Positions 44,114-56,809 of a stretch of 64,000 bases of DNA are shown here, one piece after another. The notes under the pieces are model-generated. The model saw nothing but the letters and a program-made list of their open reading frames with translations. It had not been told where the DNA came from and ran no database searches. The translations under genes and the position numbers were made by a program. The DNA is taken from assembly GCA_963799485.1 (NCBI GenBank), contig CAWCXJ010000007.1, positions 128,001 to 192,000 on the forward strand, in the 5' to 3' direction. Within the stretch, counting starts at the first letter, position 1. Every line of letters starts with the position of its first letter. The stretch comes from an uncultured Trueperaceae bacterium. GTDB taxonomy: Bacteria; Deinococcota; Deinococci; Deinococcales; Trueperaceae.

Positions 44114-44649
44114 CAGGGACGCCAGCCTTGTACCATCGGCAGTTCGGTGCCGGTGCTATCGAACGCTTCGCCGCGGACTTTTTTCTGCAACTGCACGACA
44201 CCAAAAATCAGCGCTTCGGGGCGCGGCGGGCAACCTGGCACAAAGATATCGACGGGCACGACGCTATCGACGTTTTGCACGATGGCGTAGTTGTTAAACA
44301 TCCCGCCTGAGGACGCGCACGCACCCATCGAAATCACCCATTTGGGGTCGGGCATCTGGTCGTAAACGCGGCGCAAGACCGGAGCCATCTTTTTAGACAA
44401 CCGTCCGGCGACGATCATCACGTCGGACTGACGCGGCGACGCGCGAAACACTTCGGAGCCGAAACGTGCCATGTCATTGCGGGCGTTCGTGGACTGCATC
44501 ATCTCGATGGCGCAGCACGCCAGACCGAACGTCGCGGGCCAGAGGCTGTTACTTCTGCCCCAAGCGACAAGCTTTTCCAAGTTTGAGAACAAGATGCCCT
44601 CGTTCTCGAGTTCTTGGATATCACTGGTGAACAAATCTTGTAAGGCCAT
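44113..44649 (-). CDS. nuoB: NADH-quinone oxidoreductase subunit B
   Basis: [28 protein letters not shown]. Confidence 0.97.
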   Translation of the reverse strand: MALQDLFTSDIQELENEGILFSNLEKLVAWGRSNSLWPATFGLACCAIEMMQSTNARNDMARFGSEVFRASPRQSDVMIVAGRLSKKMAPVLRRVYDQMPDPKWVISMGACASSGGMFNNYAIVQNVDSVVPVDIFVPGCPPRPEALIFGVVQLQKKVRGEAFDSTGTELPMVQGWRP

Positions 44650-44666
44650 GGGCTCAACTCAACTTC

Positions 44667-45014
44667 CTAGCGCCAGTTTAGGACGCCCTTGCGTAAAACG
44701 TAAACGTAGCCTACGGCGAGTACGGCAACAAAAATAATCGCCTGAACGAACAGAAACTCGGGTTGCGCCTTGAAGTGAACAGCTAACGGGTAAAAAAATG
44801 CCGTCTCGATATCGAAAACGATAAAGAGCATGGCGACGAGATAAAAATGAACCGGAAAACGCTCACGGGCACTGCTCGTCGCAGCGATCCCCGACTCATA
44901 CGCTGCCAGCTTCGTTTCCGAACCCTTTTTCGGCCCGAGTAGCCCACCGACCAAAAGCGCCAAAGCGCCGATAAGACCGGCAGCGAGAAACATCATCAGT
45001 AGATTTAAGTACAC
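44667..45014 (-). CDS. nuoA: NADH-quinone oxidoreductase subunit A
   Basis: [24 protein letters not shown]; start GTG 45014 after AAAGGGG. Confidence 0.95.
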   Translation of the reverse strand: MYLNLLMMFLAAGLIGALALLVGGLLGPKKGSETKLAAYESGIAATSSARERFPVHFYLVAMLFIVFDIETAFFYPLAVHFKAQPEFLFVQAIIFVAVLAVGYVYVLRKGVLNWR

Positions 45015-45057
45015 AGCGCTCAGCCCCTTTCGCACTCCCAAAACCTGCTCGAAATCC

Positions 45058-45075
45058 TCGTGCGGCATTTCACAA
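45058..45075. promoter_or_regulatory. Candidate Rex operator
   Basis: TCGTGCG-gcat-TTCACAA vs consensus TTGTGAA-N4-TTCACAA; just downstream of the nuo -10 box. Confidence 0.55.
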
Positions 45076-45085
45076 CCTAGCAGCA

Positions 45086-45114
45086 ATTTTAACATCTCAC
45101 ACACGCAGGTACAA
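45086..45114 (-). promoter_or_regulatory. nuo operon promoter
   Basis: TTGTAC-17 nt-TAAAAT with extended TG on the minus strand. Confidence 0.65.
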
Positions 45115-45184
45115 GGGCGCATCTCTCGTTCTAAAGAGGTTTAATCCATACTTTTCAGGTCGGATATGAGGCAAACCCGGGAAA

Positions 45185-45215
45185 CGTAAACGGCTCCAAA
45201 GAGGAGCCGTTTACG
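45185..45215 (-). terminator. Intrinsic terminator after the Fur-family gene
   Basis: CGTAAACGGCTCC-aaaga-GGAGCCGTTTACG 13-bp stem, TTT follows on the minus strand. Confidence 0.7.
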
Positions 45216-45248
45216 GATAACTGATGTGTTAGTCGGGTTTGGAAATGT

Positions 45249-45707
45249 CTACAAATCGTTATCTTTTCGCTCTTGACAATCAGGGCAAACACCTTGCAGA
45301 CCGATGCTCGGTTCGTCTACCTGCCAGCCCGTCGCTGAGGTCGCTCGAGCCTTGAGCAGCGCCGAAAGGGTCATATCGGCTGTTACGACCTCCGGCAAGT
45401 CGAGCACTTTACTACAGCGGGTACAGATAAGGTGGTAGTGCGGCCCGACGTTCGAATCGTAAAGCGCTTCGCCGCCGACACCATTAAACTCGCGTACCAG
45501 GCCTGCGTGCTTGAGTACACCTAGATTGAGGTAAACCGTCGACAAGCTGAGGTTCTCCCCCCGATTTTTAAGTTCGTGGTAAACCTCTTCAGCGCTTACA
45601 TGCATGTCACGTTCACTGAAATAGGTCAAAATGACCTCACGGGGACGGCTGTAACGCAGACCGTGCACCTGAAGCACCTCTCTCAACTTTTTGCCTTGCC
45701 TTGTCAT
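45249..45707 (-). CDS. Fur-family regulator (PerR-like)
   Basis: HVSAEEVY, LSTVYLNL, HYHLICTRC, GVCPDC. Confidence 0.9.
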   Translation of the reverse strand: MTRQGKKLREVLQVHGLRYSRPREVILTYFSERDMHVSAEEVYHELKNRGENLSLSTVYLNLGVLKHAGLVREFNGVGGEALYDSNVGPHYHLICTRCSKVLDLPEVVTADMTLSALLKARATSATGWQVDEPSIGLQGVCPDCQERKDNDL

Positions 45708-45821
45708 ACTGTTTCCTCGAAATATAGCACCGACTTCTCGTGCAAGCTAAAGACAGTTTAGCACAGCCGCCCAAAAAGCTGCACTACGCGAACACCGACG
45801 CTAAAACCAGCTTCCAAGTTC

Positions 45822-46808
45822 TTACGAAGTCGCAAGTAGATGTTCGACGGCGGTACGTTCCTCGAGCAGCTCTTTCTCGCTCACTTTTAGCTTCTCTTGA
45901 ATAAACGGTGAAAGCTCCAAATCCCCGACCACGGCAACTCGACCCGCCTGGGTCGTAACCGGGAACGAGTAGATAATGCCTTCAGCGACGCCGTAAGCGC
46001 CCTTGCTGAGAACTGCCATGCTCGTCCATGTGCCTTCCGGGGTTCCGTGAACCCAGGTTTGCATATGGTCGATCGCTGCCGATGCTGCCGACGCCGCGCT
46101 CGAGGCTCCCCGCGCTTCGATAATTGCCGCACCCCGTTTTTGTACGGTTGGCATAAAAGTCTCACGCGTCCAGCTTTCGTCAACGACTTCGGTGGCGGCG
46201 CGGCCTGAAACCGTAGCGTGGGTCAAGTCGGGAACCTGCGTACTCGAGTGGTTGCCCCAGATAATCACACCCTGAACATCTTTGACGGCACTTTCTGTCT
46301 TCTCGGCAAGCTGCGCGGTCGCGCGGTTGTGGTCGAGCCGCGTCATCGCACTGAACTGTTCGGGTTTGAGGTCGGGTGCATTGCGCATAGCGATAAGCGC
46401 GTTTGTGTTTGCCGGATTGCCGACGACAAGGACTTTGACGTCGCGGCTCGCCACCTCGTTCAAGGCTCTCCCCTGTTTGGTAAAAATCGCACCGTTGGCA
46501 GCGAGTAAATCCCCGCGTTCCATGCCGGGGCCACGCGGTCTCGAGCCCACCAGCAGCGCGTAGTCGGCATCTTTGAAGGCGACGTTGGCATCATCTGAGG
46601 TCGTAACGCCGTGCAGTAGTGGAAAGGCACAGTCGTTGAGTTCCATTACGACGCCACCGAGTGCGCCCAGCGCAGGCGTAATCTCGAGCAGTTGCAAGAC
46701 AACGGGTTGGTCTTTGCCCAACATTTCACCTGAAGCGATACGAAACAGCAGCGAATAACCAATCTGCCCCGCCGCGCCAGTCACAGCTACTTTTACGGGT
46801 TCATTCAT
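45822..46808 (-). CDS. mdh: Malate dehydrogenase (type 2)
   Basis: [31 protein letters not shown]. Confidence 0.97.
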   Translation of the reverse strand: MNEPVKVAVTGAAGQIGYSLLFRIASGEMLGKDQPVVLQLLEITPALGALGGVVMELNDCAFPLLHGVTTSDDANVAFKDADYALLVGSRPRGPGMERGDLLAANGAIFTKQGRALNEVASRDVKVLVVGNPANTNALIAMRNAPDLKPEQFSAMTRLDHNRATAQLAEKTESAVKDVQGVIIWGNHSSTQVPDLTHATVSGRAATEVVDESWTRETFMPTVQKRGAAIIEARGASSAASAASAAIDHMQTWVHGTPEGTWTSMAVLSKGAYGVAEGIIYSFPVTTQAGRVAVVGDLELSPFIQEKLKVSEKELLEERTAVEHLLATS

Positions 46809-46896
46809 AGATTTATCCTTTCAAGAATGGCATCGTAGCATCTTGAGGCGTTACAGAACCAGAGGTTTTCAAAACTCGAAACGACTTTACGCTCGA

Positions 46897-46912
46897 TGTT
46901 TCACGTGAAACA
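46897..46912. other. parS site
   Basis: Perfect palindrome TGTTTCACGTGAAACA just downstream of parB. Confidence 0.93.
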
Positions 46913-46915
46913 ACT

Positions 46916-46943
46916 TCAGTACCGTAACCTCAGTACCGTAACC
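46916..46943. repeat. Tandem 14-bp duplication TCAGTACCGTAACC x2
   Basis: Seen directly between parS and the parB stop. Confidence 0.85.
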
Positions 46944-47770
46944 TAAGCCTGATAATTGAGTAGCTCGAGCAACCGCTCCAACTCATCACGTGAGGCAAAG
47001 TGAAGTTCGATCTTGCCTTTTTTGCCCCCGGAAACACGAACTTTTGTTCCCACAGTGCGCGAGAGATTTAGCTCGAGGTCGCTATATTGGTTTTCGCTCG
47101 AGCTGCGATCAGCTTGAGCATTTTGTCCCACCGGGCGTTTGAGCCCTTCTGCTTGCCGTACCGAAAGCTGCTTTTCTAAAATCGTAGCAAGTGCCCACGT
47201 CTGATCGTCTTGCGGTTGCGCGAGAATCGCCCGCGCGTGACCGGCGCTGATTTTACCTTCGTCAAGCGCTGTTAGAGCCGCGTGGTCAAGGCGAAGCAAC
47301 CGTAAGGTGTTGGCAACTGCGCTCCGGCTCTTGCCCACCGCGTCGGCAACCGCTTCTTGCGACAAACCGAATTCTAGAAGCTGCTGGAATGCCCGCGCCT
47401 CTTCGACTGCGCTCAGGTCTTCACGCTGGACGTTTTCGATCAGGGCGATCTCGAGGGTTTCCCTGTCGCTGAGCGTTTTAACGACGACCGGCACCGTCGC
47501 TAGACCTACCTGCTGCGCGGCCCGGAAGCGCCTCTCGCCTGCAACGATTTCAAATCCGTTTTCAGCCGGACGCACGAGCAGAGGTTGTAGTACGCCTTTT
47601 TGCGCGACCGAACGTGCAAGTTCAGCGATGCCCTCCGGGTCGAGGCGTTTACGCGGCTGATAAACCGACACTGAGAGTTGCTCGAGCGGTAACTGCTCGG
47701 TACCCCGCTCTTTTTCGACTCTAGGTAAGAGCGCGTCTAAACCCCGACCCAAACTACGCTTCGCTGACAC
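46943..47770 (-). CDS. parB: Chromosome partitioning protein ParB (Spo0J)
   Basis: [38 protein letters not shown]; start GTG 47770 after GGAGG. Confidence 0.96.
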   Translation of the reverse strand: MSAKRSLGRGLDALLPRVEKERGTEQLPLEQLSVSVYQPRKRLDPEGIAELARSVAQKGVLQPLLVRPAENGFEIVAGERRFRAAQQVGLATVPVVVKTLSDRETLEIALIENVQREDLSAVEEARAFQQLLEFGLSQEAVADAVGKSRSAVANTLRLLRLDHAALTALDEGKISAGHARAILAQPQDDQTWALATILEKQLSVRQAEGLKRPVGQNAQADRSSSENQYSDLELNLSRTVGTKVRVSGGKKGKIELHFASRDELERLLELLNYQA

Positions 47771-48512
47771 GTAAAATGACCTCCTCGGAGAGTTGCCGAT
47801 ACGCCTGCGCCCCGGACGACGCAGGTGCGTAGGCGTAAATGGGTTGACCGTAAGACGGGGCCTCGGCAAGGCGGACGTTACGCGGGATGACCGCCGAAAA
47901 GACGAGCGCTTCAAAATGTTTGCGGACGTTTTCTTCGACCTCTTGCGACAACCTTGTCCGACCATCGAACATCGTAAGCAAGATACCTAAGATGTTTAAG
48001 TTCGGGTTGAGCGAACCGCGCAAGCGCTCGACCGTATCCATCATACTGGCGATGCCCTCGAGCGCGTAGTATTCGGTCTGCAGTGGAATTACAAGGTGGT
48101 CGGCAGCGACGAGTGCGTTGAGTGTGAGTGCACCAAGCGAAGGCGGCGCGTCGACCACGATAAAATCGAAGTTTGGCCTAACCCCGATCAGCGCTTTGGT
48201 GAGCAGCTTCATATTGTCTGTGCTGGCGTCGAGTTCTACCGCTGCGCCGGAAAGCTCCATCGAAGCGGGCAGGACTTTGAGGTTTTCTATATCGGTATCG
48301 GTAATAGCGCGCCGCGCCGAAAGCTCGCCGACGAGAACGTCGTAGATGGTACGTTCTGCGCCCCTAACGCCGACGCCGCTGCTAGCGTTCGCTTGTGGGT
48401 CCATATCGACAAGGAGCACCCGCCGCGTCTCGGCTAGAGCGGCAGCAAGGTTGATCGCGCTTGTCGTCTTGCCGACACCGCCTTTTTGATTGATTACACC
48501 GACGATGGGCAA
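47754..48512 (-). CDS. parA: Chromosome partitioning ATPase ParA (Soj)
   Basis: [31 protein letters not shown]. Confidence 0.96.
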   Translation of the reverse strand: MPIVGVINQKGGVGKTTSAINLAAALAETRRVLLVDMDPQANASSGVGVRGAERTIYDVLVGELSARRAITDTDIENLKVLPASMELSGAAVELDASTDNMKLLTKALIGVRPNFDFIVVDAPPSLGALTLNALVAADHLVIPLQTEYYALEGIASMMDTVERLRGSLNPNLNILGILLTMFDGRTRLSQEVEENVRKHFEALVFSAVIPRNVRLAEAPSYGQPIYAYAPASSGAQAYRQLSEEVILRVSEA

Positions 48513-49081
48513 GGCCGCCCTCCTTGGAGCCGTAACGCTATGAGCTTACCATGCGTTGGCAAAGGTGACAGAAACGTCTCCAAAATCGGCCCGGTGATAG
48601 GCGTAAGCTCAGCTTGTTCGGTAGGGGAGAGGTCGCCACGCCGCGAGACGATGGTAACTGTCTCTGCGTGAAGATGCCGCGTCAGACAGTAAAGAAGCGA
48701 AAACCGCCCGACCGCCTGCGCACAAACCCAGTTGTAGGGCGTGTCTTGCAGCGCCCGCACGTCGTCGGCGACGACCGTGACATGCTCGAGCCCCAGCTGA
48801 CCGACAACCAACTTAAGAAAGCTCGCACGTTTTTGCCTTCTCTCGACCAGCGTCACCTGATGCTGCGGAAAGGCGATAGCAAGCGGAATACCCGGCAACC
48901 CGACACCCGAACCGATATCTAAAATGCGGTCGGCAGGGGAGAGGCGGGAGGAGAGGAACTCAGGGTAAGCTTGAGCCGCGAGCAACTTGGCATCGAGTTC
49001 GGCTACAGCCCGCGCCGACATCAGATCGAGCGTGTGCTGGTACCGGAGGATCAGTGCTTTGTACGCCTCGCGCTTATCCAA
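48494..49081 (-). CDS. rsmG: 16S rRNA m7G527 methyltransferase
   Basis: [26 protein letters not shown]; located between mnmG and parA. Confidence 0.9.
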   Translation of the reverse strand: MDKREAYKALILRYQHTLDLMSARAVAELDAKLLAAQAYPEFLSSRLSPADRILDIGSGVGLPGIPLAIAFPQHQVTLVERRQKRASFLKLVVGQLGLEHVTVVADDVRALQDTPYNWVCAQAVGRFSLLYCLTRHLHAETVTIVSRRGDLSPTEQAELTPITGPILETFLSPLPTHGKLIALRLQGGRPCPSSV

Positions 49082-49083
49082 AA

Positions 49084-50919
49084 CTACCTTGCTACCGCTG
49101 TTTCACGTGAAACACTTGACTGCTTACCTCTGCAATAGACGAGTAGGGCGGTAATATCGCTGTCTCTCACGCCCTGAACACGCTGGGCCGCGCCCAGGGT
49201 TGCAGGCTGAGCGCCCGTCAACGCCTGTCTACCTTCGTGCGACAAACTGGGGATGCCGTCAAACGATAAGCCGGATAAGCTGACCGTTTCGTAACCCCTA
49301 CGCGCCTCGAGTTCGCGGCGACTACGTTCAATATACGAGGCATATTTGACCTGGATTTCGACCTTCTGTTTTTCTCTAACAGACAAGCTTTGCGCCGGTA
49401 AACCGAGTTGCGTTTCCAGCTCGCGGTAGGTCATCCCCGGACGGCAGAGCACTTTGCTGGCTGTTACGCCGCCGAGCTGCACTTTACCCAAACGCTGGAT
49501 TTCGGCTTCGACTCGAGCTTGGCTCGCCTGCTTTCTCTGCAGAGATTCGCCGGACTGCAAACCCCAAGCATGACCCAGTGCCAGCAGACGGTCGTCAGCG
49601 TTGTCCTGACGGTGAAGCAAGCGGTATTCGTTACGCGATGTGAGCATTCGGTACGGCTCGTTGAGACTCCAGCGCACCAGGTCGTCGAGCATCACCCCGA
49701 TGTACCCCTGGTCGCGCCGCACGCTCACGAGCTCTTGTGCTGCCGCAAACCGCGCAGCATTCACGCCTGCAACAAGTCCCTGAGCGGCTGCCTCTTCATA
49801 ACCGCTTGTACCGTTGATCTGTCCGGCGCTAAAAAGCCCCGGCAGGACTTTCGACATGAGCGTGACGCTGAGCTGTGAGGCGTCGAGCGCGTCGTATTCG
49901 ACCGCATAGGCGTAGCGCTGAATCTGGGCATAGGTGAAACCCGGCAGCGTACGAATCATCTCGTCTTGTAAAACAGGCGGCATCGAACTCGAGAACCCCT
50001 GTAAATACACTTCACTCGTCCCACTGCCGTCGGGCTCGACAAATAACAGGTGTCGGTCTTTGTCCGAAAAACGGACGATTTTGTCTTCAATCGAAGGGCA
50101 GTAACGCGGCCCTTGCCCGTGAATCACGCCGCCGTACATCGCTGAGTGCTCGAGGTTTGCTTGAATCAAGGTGTGCGTTTCCGGCGTCGTGTGCGTCAAC
50201 CAGGTCGGGGAACTCGCGGCGTGCTTACCGGGAGTACCGCTAAACGACGCGGGCGGGTCGTCGGCGGGAACGACCTCGAGCCGAGAAAAATCAACCGAAT
50301 CCGCACGAATGCGTGGCGGTGTGCCGGTCTTGAAACGCTGTAAAAGGTGTCCTGTCGCCCGCAAACTGTGCGACAAATGCCGTGCCGGGGCCTCACCCTG
50401 CCGCCCCGCCGGACGCTGCTGTTTACCGTACCAGACCACACCTGCCAAAAACGTGCCGGTACAGAGAACGACACTCGGCGCACGCAACGTGCGACCATCG
50501 GTAAATGAAACACCGCGCAGTACGCCCGCATCCTCGCTAAGAGCAGCGACCTCGCCCAAGACTAGCGTAATGCCGGACGTTTGTACGAGCAGTTTTTGCG
50601 CCGCCGCCGCGTAACCGTCGCGTTCGTTTTGTACCCGTAGCGACTGCACCGCCGGGCCTTTGCTGGCATTGAGGGTGCGGGCGTGAATCGCCGTCTCATC
50701 GGCTAGCTGACCCATCACCCCGCCGAGGGCGTGAAGCTCGAAGACCATCTGCGACTTGCCGGGGCCGCCAATCGCCGGATTGCACGGCATCAAACCGATC
50801 TTGTCGGGGTTAGGGAGGCAAAGCGCAACTGCCGAGCCGAGCCGAGCCGCAGCGGAGGCCGCCTCGATTCCGGCGTGCCCGCCGCCGATTACGATTACGT
50901 CGAAAGTAGAACGCGTCAT
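49084..50919 (-). CDS. mnmG: tRNA modification enzyme MnmG (GidA)
   Basis: GGGHAGIEAA, MPCNPAIGG, GPRYCPSIEDK, GQINGTSGYEEAAAQG; start set at ATG 50919. Confidence 0.96.
   Translation of the reverse strand: MTRSTFDVIVIGGGHAGIEAASAAARLGSAVALCLPNPDKIGLMPCNPAIGGPGKSQMVFELHALGGVMGQLADETAIHARTLNASKGPAVQSLRVQNERDGYAAAAQKLLVQTSGITLVLGEVAALSEDAGVLRGVSFTDGRTLRAPSVVLCTGTFLAGVVWYGKQQRPAGRQGEAPARHLSHSLRATGHLLQRFKTGTPPRIRADSVDFSRLEVVPADDPPASFSGTPGKHAASSPTWLTHTTPETHTLIQANLEHSAMYGGVIHGQGPRYCPSIEDKIVRFSDKDRHLLFVEPDGSGTSEVYLQGFSSSMPPVLQDEMIRTLPGFTYAQIQRYAYAVEYDALDASQLSVTLMSKVLPGLFSAGQINGTSGYEEAAAQGLVAGVNAARFAAAQELVSVRRDQGYIGVMLDDLVRWSLNEPYRMLTSRNEYRLLHRQDNADDRLLALGHAWGLQSGESLQRKQASQARVEAEIQRLGKVQLGGVTASKVLCRPGMTYRELETQLGLPAQSLSVREKQKVEIQVKYASYIERSRRELEARRGYETVSLSGLSFDGIPSLSHEGRQALTGAQPATLGAAQRVQGVRDSDITALLVYCRGKQSSVSRETAVAR
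49099..49114. other. parS site within the mnmG 3' end
   Basis: Perfect TGTTTCACGTGAAACA, read as VSRET in MnmG. Confidence 0.92.
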
Positions 50920-51119
50920 CACCCTACACTCTATAAGGTCGGCGGAGGTTTTGCGGTCGCCCCGAGTCCCGGGCTGAAGAGCGCCTACAAGGTATTGGTT
51001 TTTTCGCAAACAGCCAATGCCAACGTGGCGGGCGCAGATTTGTTAGACTAGCGCCCTATCTCCCGCTGGCCCTGTAAATACGATAACAAGCTGCCGGGGC
51101 GTACAGGGAAAAGGACGCG

Positions 51120-52451
51120 ATGAGGCAAGAAAATGCTATCTGGCAGGACATCCTAGAGTATGTACAGACCCAGATTCCCGAGGTCGAGTTTCGCACCTGG
51201 TTCAAGCAGGTACGCCCGCTAGGAATCGACGACGGCATCTTCATGATCGGGGTACCGCATTCGTTCGCGCGGGAATGGCTTAAGAACCACTATGCCCCGG
51301 TACTCGAGCACGCCCTTAAAGACCTCGGGGCGGCGTCCCCACGGGTCGGCTTTCAGGTCGTTCACTTTCCCAGTTCCGAGCAACCCGACATCTTTCAGCC
51401 GAGCGCACAAACTAGCGCTACGCCTGCGGTCAACCGTCCACGGCTTAACCCCAAATATATCTTTTCCAACTTTGTCGTCGGACAAAATAACAATTTGGCG
51501 AGCGCGGCGGCCCTTGCCGTCGCCGAAGCGCCCGGACGCGCCTACAACCCGCTCTTTATCTACGGCGACTCGGGGCTCGGCAAAACCCACCTGATGCACG
51601 CAGTCGGGCACGCGGTTGCCGAGCGGTTGCCGAACCTGCTGATCGAGTACGTCACGACCGAAGCATTTACCAACGACACCATCAACGCCATCCGTGAGGA
51701 CAAGATGGTGGCGTTTCGTGACCGCTACCGCAGTATCGACCTGCTGCTCGTCGACGACGTACAGTTTATCGCGGGTAAAGAGCGCACACAAGAAGAGTTT
51801 TTTCACACCTTTAACGCGCTTTACGAATCGGGCAAACAGATTATCGTTTCGTCTGACCGCCCGCCCAAAGATATTCCGACGCTCGAGAACCGCCTCCGTA
51901 CCCGTTTCGAATGGGGGCTGATTACCGACATTCAAGCACCTGAACTCGAGACGCGTATCGCTATCTTGAAGATGAACGCCGAGTACCGGGGCGTTAAAAT
52001 TCCCCCGGAAGTCATCGACTATATCGCCCGTCAAGTCACCTCGAATATCCGGGAACTCGAGGGGGCGTTGGTGCGCGTCATTTTGTACACCAGCATGAAC
52101 CAGATTGAACTAAACCGGCAAACGGTCGCCGCTGCCCTTTCAGACGTTTACGCACCGAGTGAGCTGAACCTGACGATGGATGAGATTCTCGACGCGACCG
52201 CGTTCGCCTTCGAGGTCGAAGCAGGCGATTTACGCTCGAAAGGGCGACGGCACGAACTCGTAATTCCGCGGCAGGTAGCAATGTACCTGATGCGTGAGTT
52301 TACCACCCACTCATATCCAGAAATCGGTCAGTTTTTTAGTGGTCGCGACCATTCGACGGTTGTTTACGCCGTGCAAAAAGTTACCGAACAACTTTCTAAA
52401 GACCGCGACCTCGAGGAACGTATCCAGACGGTTAAAGGTGCCTTGTTGTGA
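51120..52451 (+). CDS. dnaA: Chromosomal replication initiator DnaA
   Basis: [42 protein letters not shown]. Confidence 0.98.
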   Translation: MRQENAIWQDILEYVQTQIPEVEFRTWFKQVRPLGIDDGIFMIGVPHSFAREWLKNHYAPVLEHALKDLGAASPRVGFQVVHFPSSEQPDIFQPSAQTSATPAVNRPRLNPKYIFSNFVVGQNNNLASAAALAVAEAPGRAYNPLFIYGDSGLGKTHLMHAVGHAVAERLPNLLIEYVTTEAFTNDTINAIREDKMVAFRDRYRSIDLLLVDDVQFIAGKERTQEEFFHTFNALYESGKQIIVSSDRPPKDIPTLENRLRTRFEWGLITDIQAPELETRIAILKMNAEYRGVKIPPEVIDYIARQVTSNIRELEGALVRVILYTSMNQIELNRQTVAAALSDVYAPSELNLTMDEILDATAFAFEVEAGDLRSKGRRHELVIPRQVAMYLMREFTTHSYPEIGQFFSGRDHSTVVYAVQKVTEQLSKDRDLEERIQTVKGALL

Positions 52452-52788
52452 CAAAAAACTTTCTCATAACGTCTATTTTTACTCATTTTTCATATATTTC
52501 ACTCACGAATAATTGTGGATAACCCTGTGGATAAGCTGTGGATAAGCTGTGGATAAGCTGTGGATAAATCCAGCTTTTTATCAGCCTGTGGATAGCTGTG
52601 GATAACTTCGGTACTTATCCACAGGTAAGGGCGAGTTATCCACAAAGTTATCCACAGGTACTTCGCCGTGCTGAACAGGCCAAATGGCAGTTATCCACAC
52701 TATCCACAGCCCCTACTATAGAGAGTTTTTCTTTTCAACCTGTGGAGATTTCAAAGTCATCCCCCGAACGCCTTAAGGGAGTTTTCTC
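52452..52788. other. Origin of replication oriC
   Basis: 10 perfect DnaA boxes (starts 52514, 52526, 52537, 52548, 52559, 52597, 52615, 52636, 52648, 52691) plus 2 one-mismatch boxes (52587, 52700); AT-rich 52452-52513; dnaA-dnaN intergenic. Confidence 0.95.
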
Positions 52789-53874
52789 ATGATCGCACAC
52801 GTCTCAAGAAAAAAACTAGCCGATGCACTTGGCAGTGTCGAACGTATCGTGCCAAGTCGAAGTAGCAACCCCAGTTTGAGTTTGGTCAAGCTTACGTTAG
52901 GTCAGGGTCTACTTACCTTGAGCGGAAGCAACCTCGATATCGATATCGAGGCTTCTTTAGACGTGGATACTAAAGACGAAGGAACTTGGGCACTTCCGGC
53001 GCAGGTTTTTAGCCAAGTTGTCCGGGCGCTGCCGGGTGAACTCGTCGAGTTGTCGTTTGAAGCAGCCGAACTCGAGCTTCAAGCCGGGTCTTACGCGACC
53101 AAACTGCAACTCGTCGAAGCGGCGCTGCCGTCTTTGACGTTTCCAGCAAGCTACAGTGGCAGCTTTTCCGGTGACCGGCTGGCGACTGCCCTGACGCACG
53201 TACGTTACGCCGCGGCGGTCGCCGAGTATCAGGCCATCTTTCGGGGGGTACGGCTCGAGTTCGATGACCGCCATATTCGGGCGGTTGCGACCGACGGTTT
53301 CAGGCTCGCGTACTACCATATCGACGATGCTGCTGGTTTAAGCGGTGAGGTCGTGTTGCCTGCACGCAGCGTCGACGAACTTGCCAAGGTGCTCACCACC
53401 GAAGCGGCGAAGCTCGCGCTCTCAGAAGGTCAGCTCTCGCTTGCAACCGGCCCTTACAAGCTCAATCTCAAACTGATGGAAGGCGCGTTTCCCGACTATC
53501 AGCGGGTAATTCCCAGCGAGTTTCCGGTCAGCGTCGTTGTCAGTGCTAAAGAGCTGCTCGAAGGGGTGCAGCGCGTGGCGGTGATGGCCGACAGGACGGC
53601 GAACAACCGCGTTGACCTGTTTATCCGGGGTGGTGCTATCCAAGTCACTGCCGAAGGCGCTTACGGGCGCTCTCAGGAGGCACTGGCGGTCGCGCAAGAA
53701 GGCAGCGAGTCGGAAATTGCCCTGGCTTACAACGCCGACTATCTTTTGAGTGCGCTCAGACCGGTCGCAGGCGACGTGCGCTTCTCGTTTTCCGGGCCGA
53801 CCAGTCCGAGTGTTCTCTCGAGCCTGCAAGACCCCAGCTACCTGGCGATGGTCGTGCCGCTCCGCACCGGCTGA
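52789..53874 (+). CDS. dnaN: DNA polymerase III beta clamp
   Basis: VATDGFRLA, GAFPDYQRVIP, MVVPLR. Confidence 0.96.
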   Translation: MIAHVSRKKLADALGSVERIVPSRSSNPSLSLVKLTLGQGLLTLSGSNLDIDIEASLDVDTKDEGTWALPAQVFSQVVRALPGELVELSFEAAELELQAGSYATKLQLVEAALPSLTFPASYSGSFSGDRLATALTHVRYAAAVAEYQAIFRGVRLEFDDRHIRAVATDGFRLAYYHIDDAAGLSGEVVLPARSVDELAKVLTTEAAKLALSEGQLSLATGPYKLNLKLMEGAFPDYQRVIPSEFPVSVVVSAKELLEGVQRVAVMADRTANNRVDLFIRGGAIQVTAEGAYGRSQEALAVAQEGSESEIALAYNADYLLSALRPVAGDVRFSFSGPTSPSVLSSLQDPSYLAMVVPLRTG

Positions 53875-53970
53875 TACTGCTGCACACCGGTCGGAACTTT
53901 CTGGAGGCAGCTATCAAGTCATCGGGTTAAGGTAGAGGAAGTGCGTCATTTATGCAGAGGTCAGAAGTAG

Positions 53971-55292
<1,322 letters not shown>

Positions 55293-55293
<1 letters not shown>

Positions 55294-56750
55294 TGCAACT
55301 CGTCAGACGCACAAAAATCGTGGCGACGCTTGGCCCGGCGAGCAGCGACCCGAAGGTCATCAAACGGCTCATAGAAGCGGGCGTCAATGTTTTTCGGCTC
55401 AACTTTTCGCACGGCAGCCGCGAGATGCACCAGAACAACGTCGAGTTTATCCGCACCGAAGCGGAGCGGTTGGGCAGCCCGGTCGGTATTTTGCAAGATT
55501 TACAGGGGCCGAAAATCCGCACGGCGACCTTTGCCGAAGGCAAAGTCATGCTTACCGAAGGGCAGAGCTTTCTGCTAACCTGCGGCGACAACAGCCCCGG
55601 AGACGCGACGCGGGTCGGCGTGACCTACACGAACCTCTACACCGACGTAAAGGTCGGCGACGCGTTGCTATTAGACGATGGACGCTTGGCGCTCCGCGTT
55701 ACCGGCTTGCGCGGTGAAACGATAGAGACCGAGGTCACGCTTGGCGGAGTTTTATCGAACAACAAGGGCATCAATATCCCCGACGCCGACCTGAGCATTC
55801 CGGCGATTACCGACAAAGACATGGAAGATCTGCTCTTTGGGGCCGAACTCGAGGTCGATTGGGTGGCCATCAGCTTCGTCCGGAGCCGTGACGATTTGCT
55901 CTTGGCGCGTCACTACCTGGCGCGAGCCGGGTCACGCGCCAAACTTATGGCAAAAATCGAAAAACCTTCGGCTGTCGCACGCTTTGACGAGATTTTAGAA
56001 GAAGTTGATGGGATTATGGTCGCGCGCGGTGACTTGGGTGTCGAGCTGCCCCCCGAACAAGTTCCGCTGATTCAAAAAAAGCTTATCCGGGCGTGTACGC
56101 GGGTCGGTAAGCCGGTTGTGACTGCGACGCAGATGCTGGAAAGCATGATCTCGAGCCCGACCCCGACCCGCGCCGAAGCCTCGGACGTTGCCAACGCCAT
56201 TTACGACGGTACCGACGCGATTATGCTCTCCGCTGAAACCGCTGTCGGGAACTACCCTATCGAGGCGGTCAAGATGATGGTGCGGATTGCGCGTTCGGTC
56301 GAAAGTGACCCGAACTACCAGGCCGACATGCGTGAACGCTATCCCGAGCCCGACTCGACCACCGCCGACGCCGTATCTTTGGCTGCTTGTCAAATGGCAC
56401 ACTTTATCTCGGCCAAGATGATTGTGACGTTCACCTCAACCGGAACGACCGCGCAGCGGGTCGCGCACAATCGTCCGGCGTCACCAATTTTTGCCCTAAC
56501 GCCCAGCGAACGTGCTTACCGTCAGCTCAGCATTGTTTGGGGGGTTATTCCGTCGCTGTCGCAAGAGGTTTACACTACCGACGAGATGGTTGAAGTCGCT
56601 AACGCCAAGCTCGTCGAGATTATGAGGCAGATTACCGACATCAGTGTCGGCGACCGCTACGTGATTACCGCCGGGGTACCTTTCGGGATGCGCGGTTCGA
56701 CCAACCTCATCCGCATCGAAACCGTTCGCGGCGAAACAAAAAGCAGCTGA
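55293..56750 (+). CDS. pyk: Pyruvate kinase
   Basis: RTKIVATLGP, RLNFSHG, MVARGDLG, TATQMLESM. Confidence 0.98.
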
Positions 56751-56759
56751 CGAAAACGT

Positions 56760-56790
56760 AAAAATCCCTCACAAACGTGGGGGATTTTAT
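56760..56790. terminator. Bidirectional intrinsic terminator between pyk and rplI
   Basis: AAAATCCCTCAC-aaac-GTGGGGGATTTT flanked by A and T tracts, between convergent genes. Confidence 0.8.
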
Positions 56791-56809
56791 TTTGCCGACG
56801 TGTAAGCCT

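Noticed and set aside
52526..52567. Tandem 11-bp repeats resembling a CRISPR array or iterons
   Set aside because: The units are DnaA boxes with no spacers, located between dnaA and dnaN
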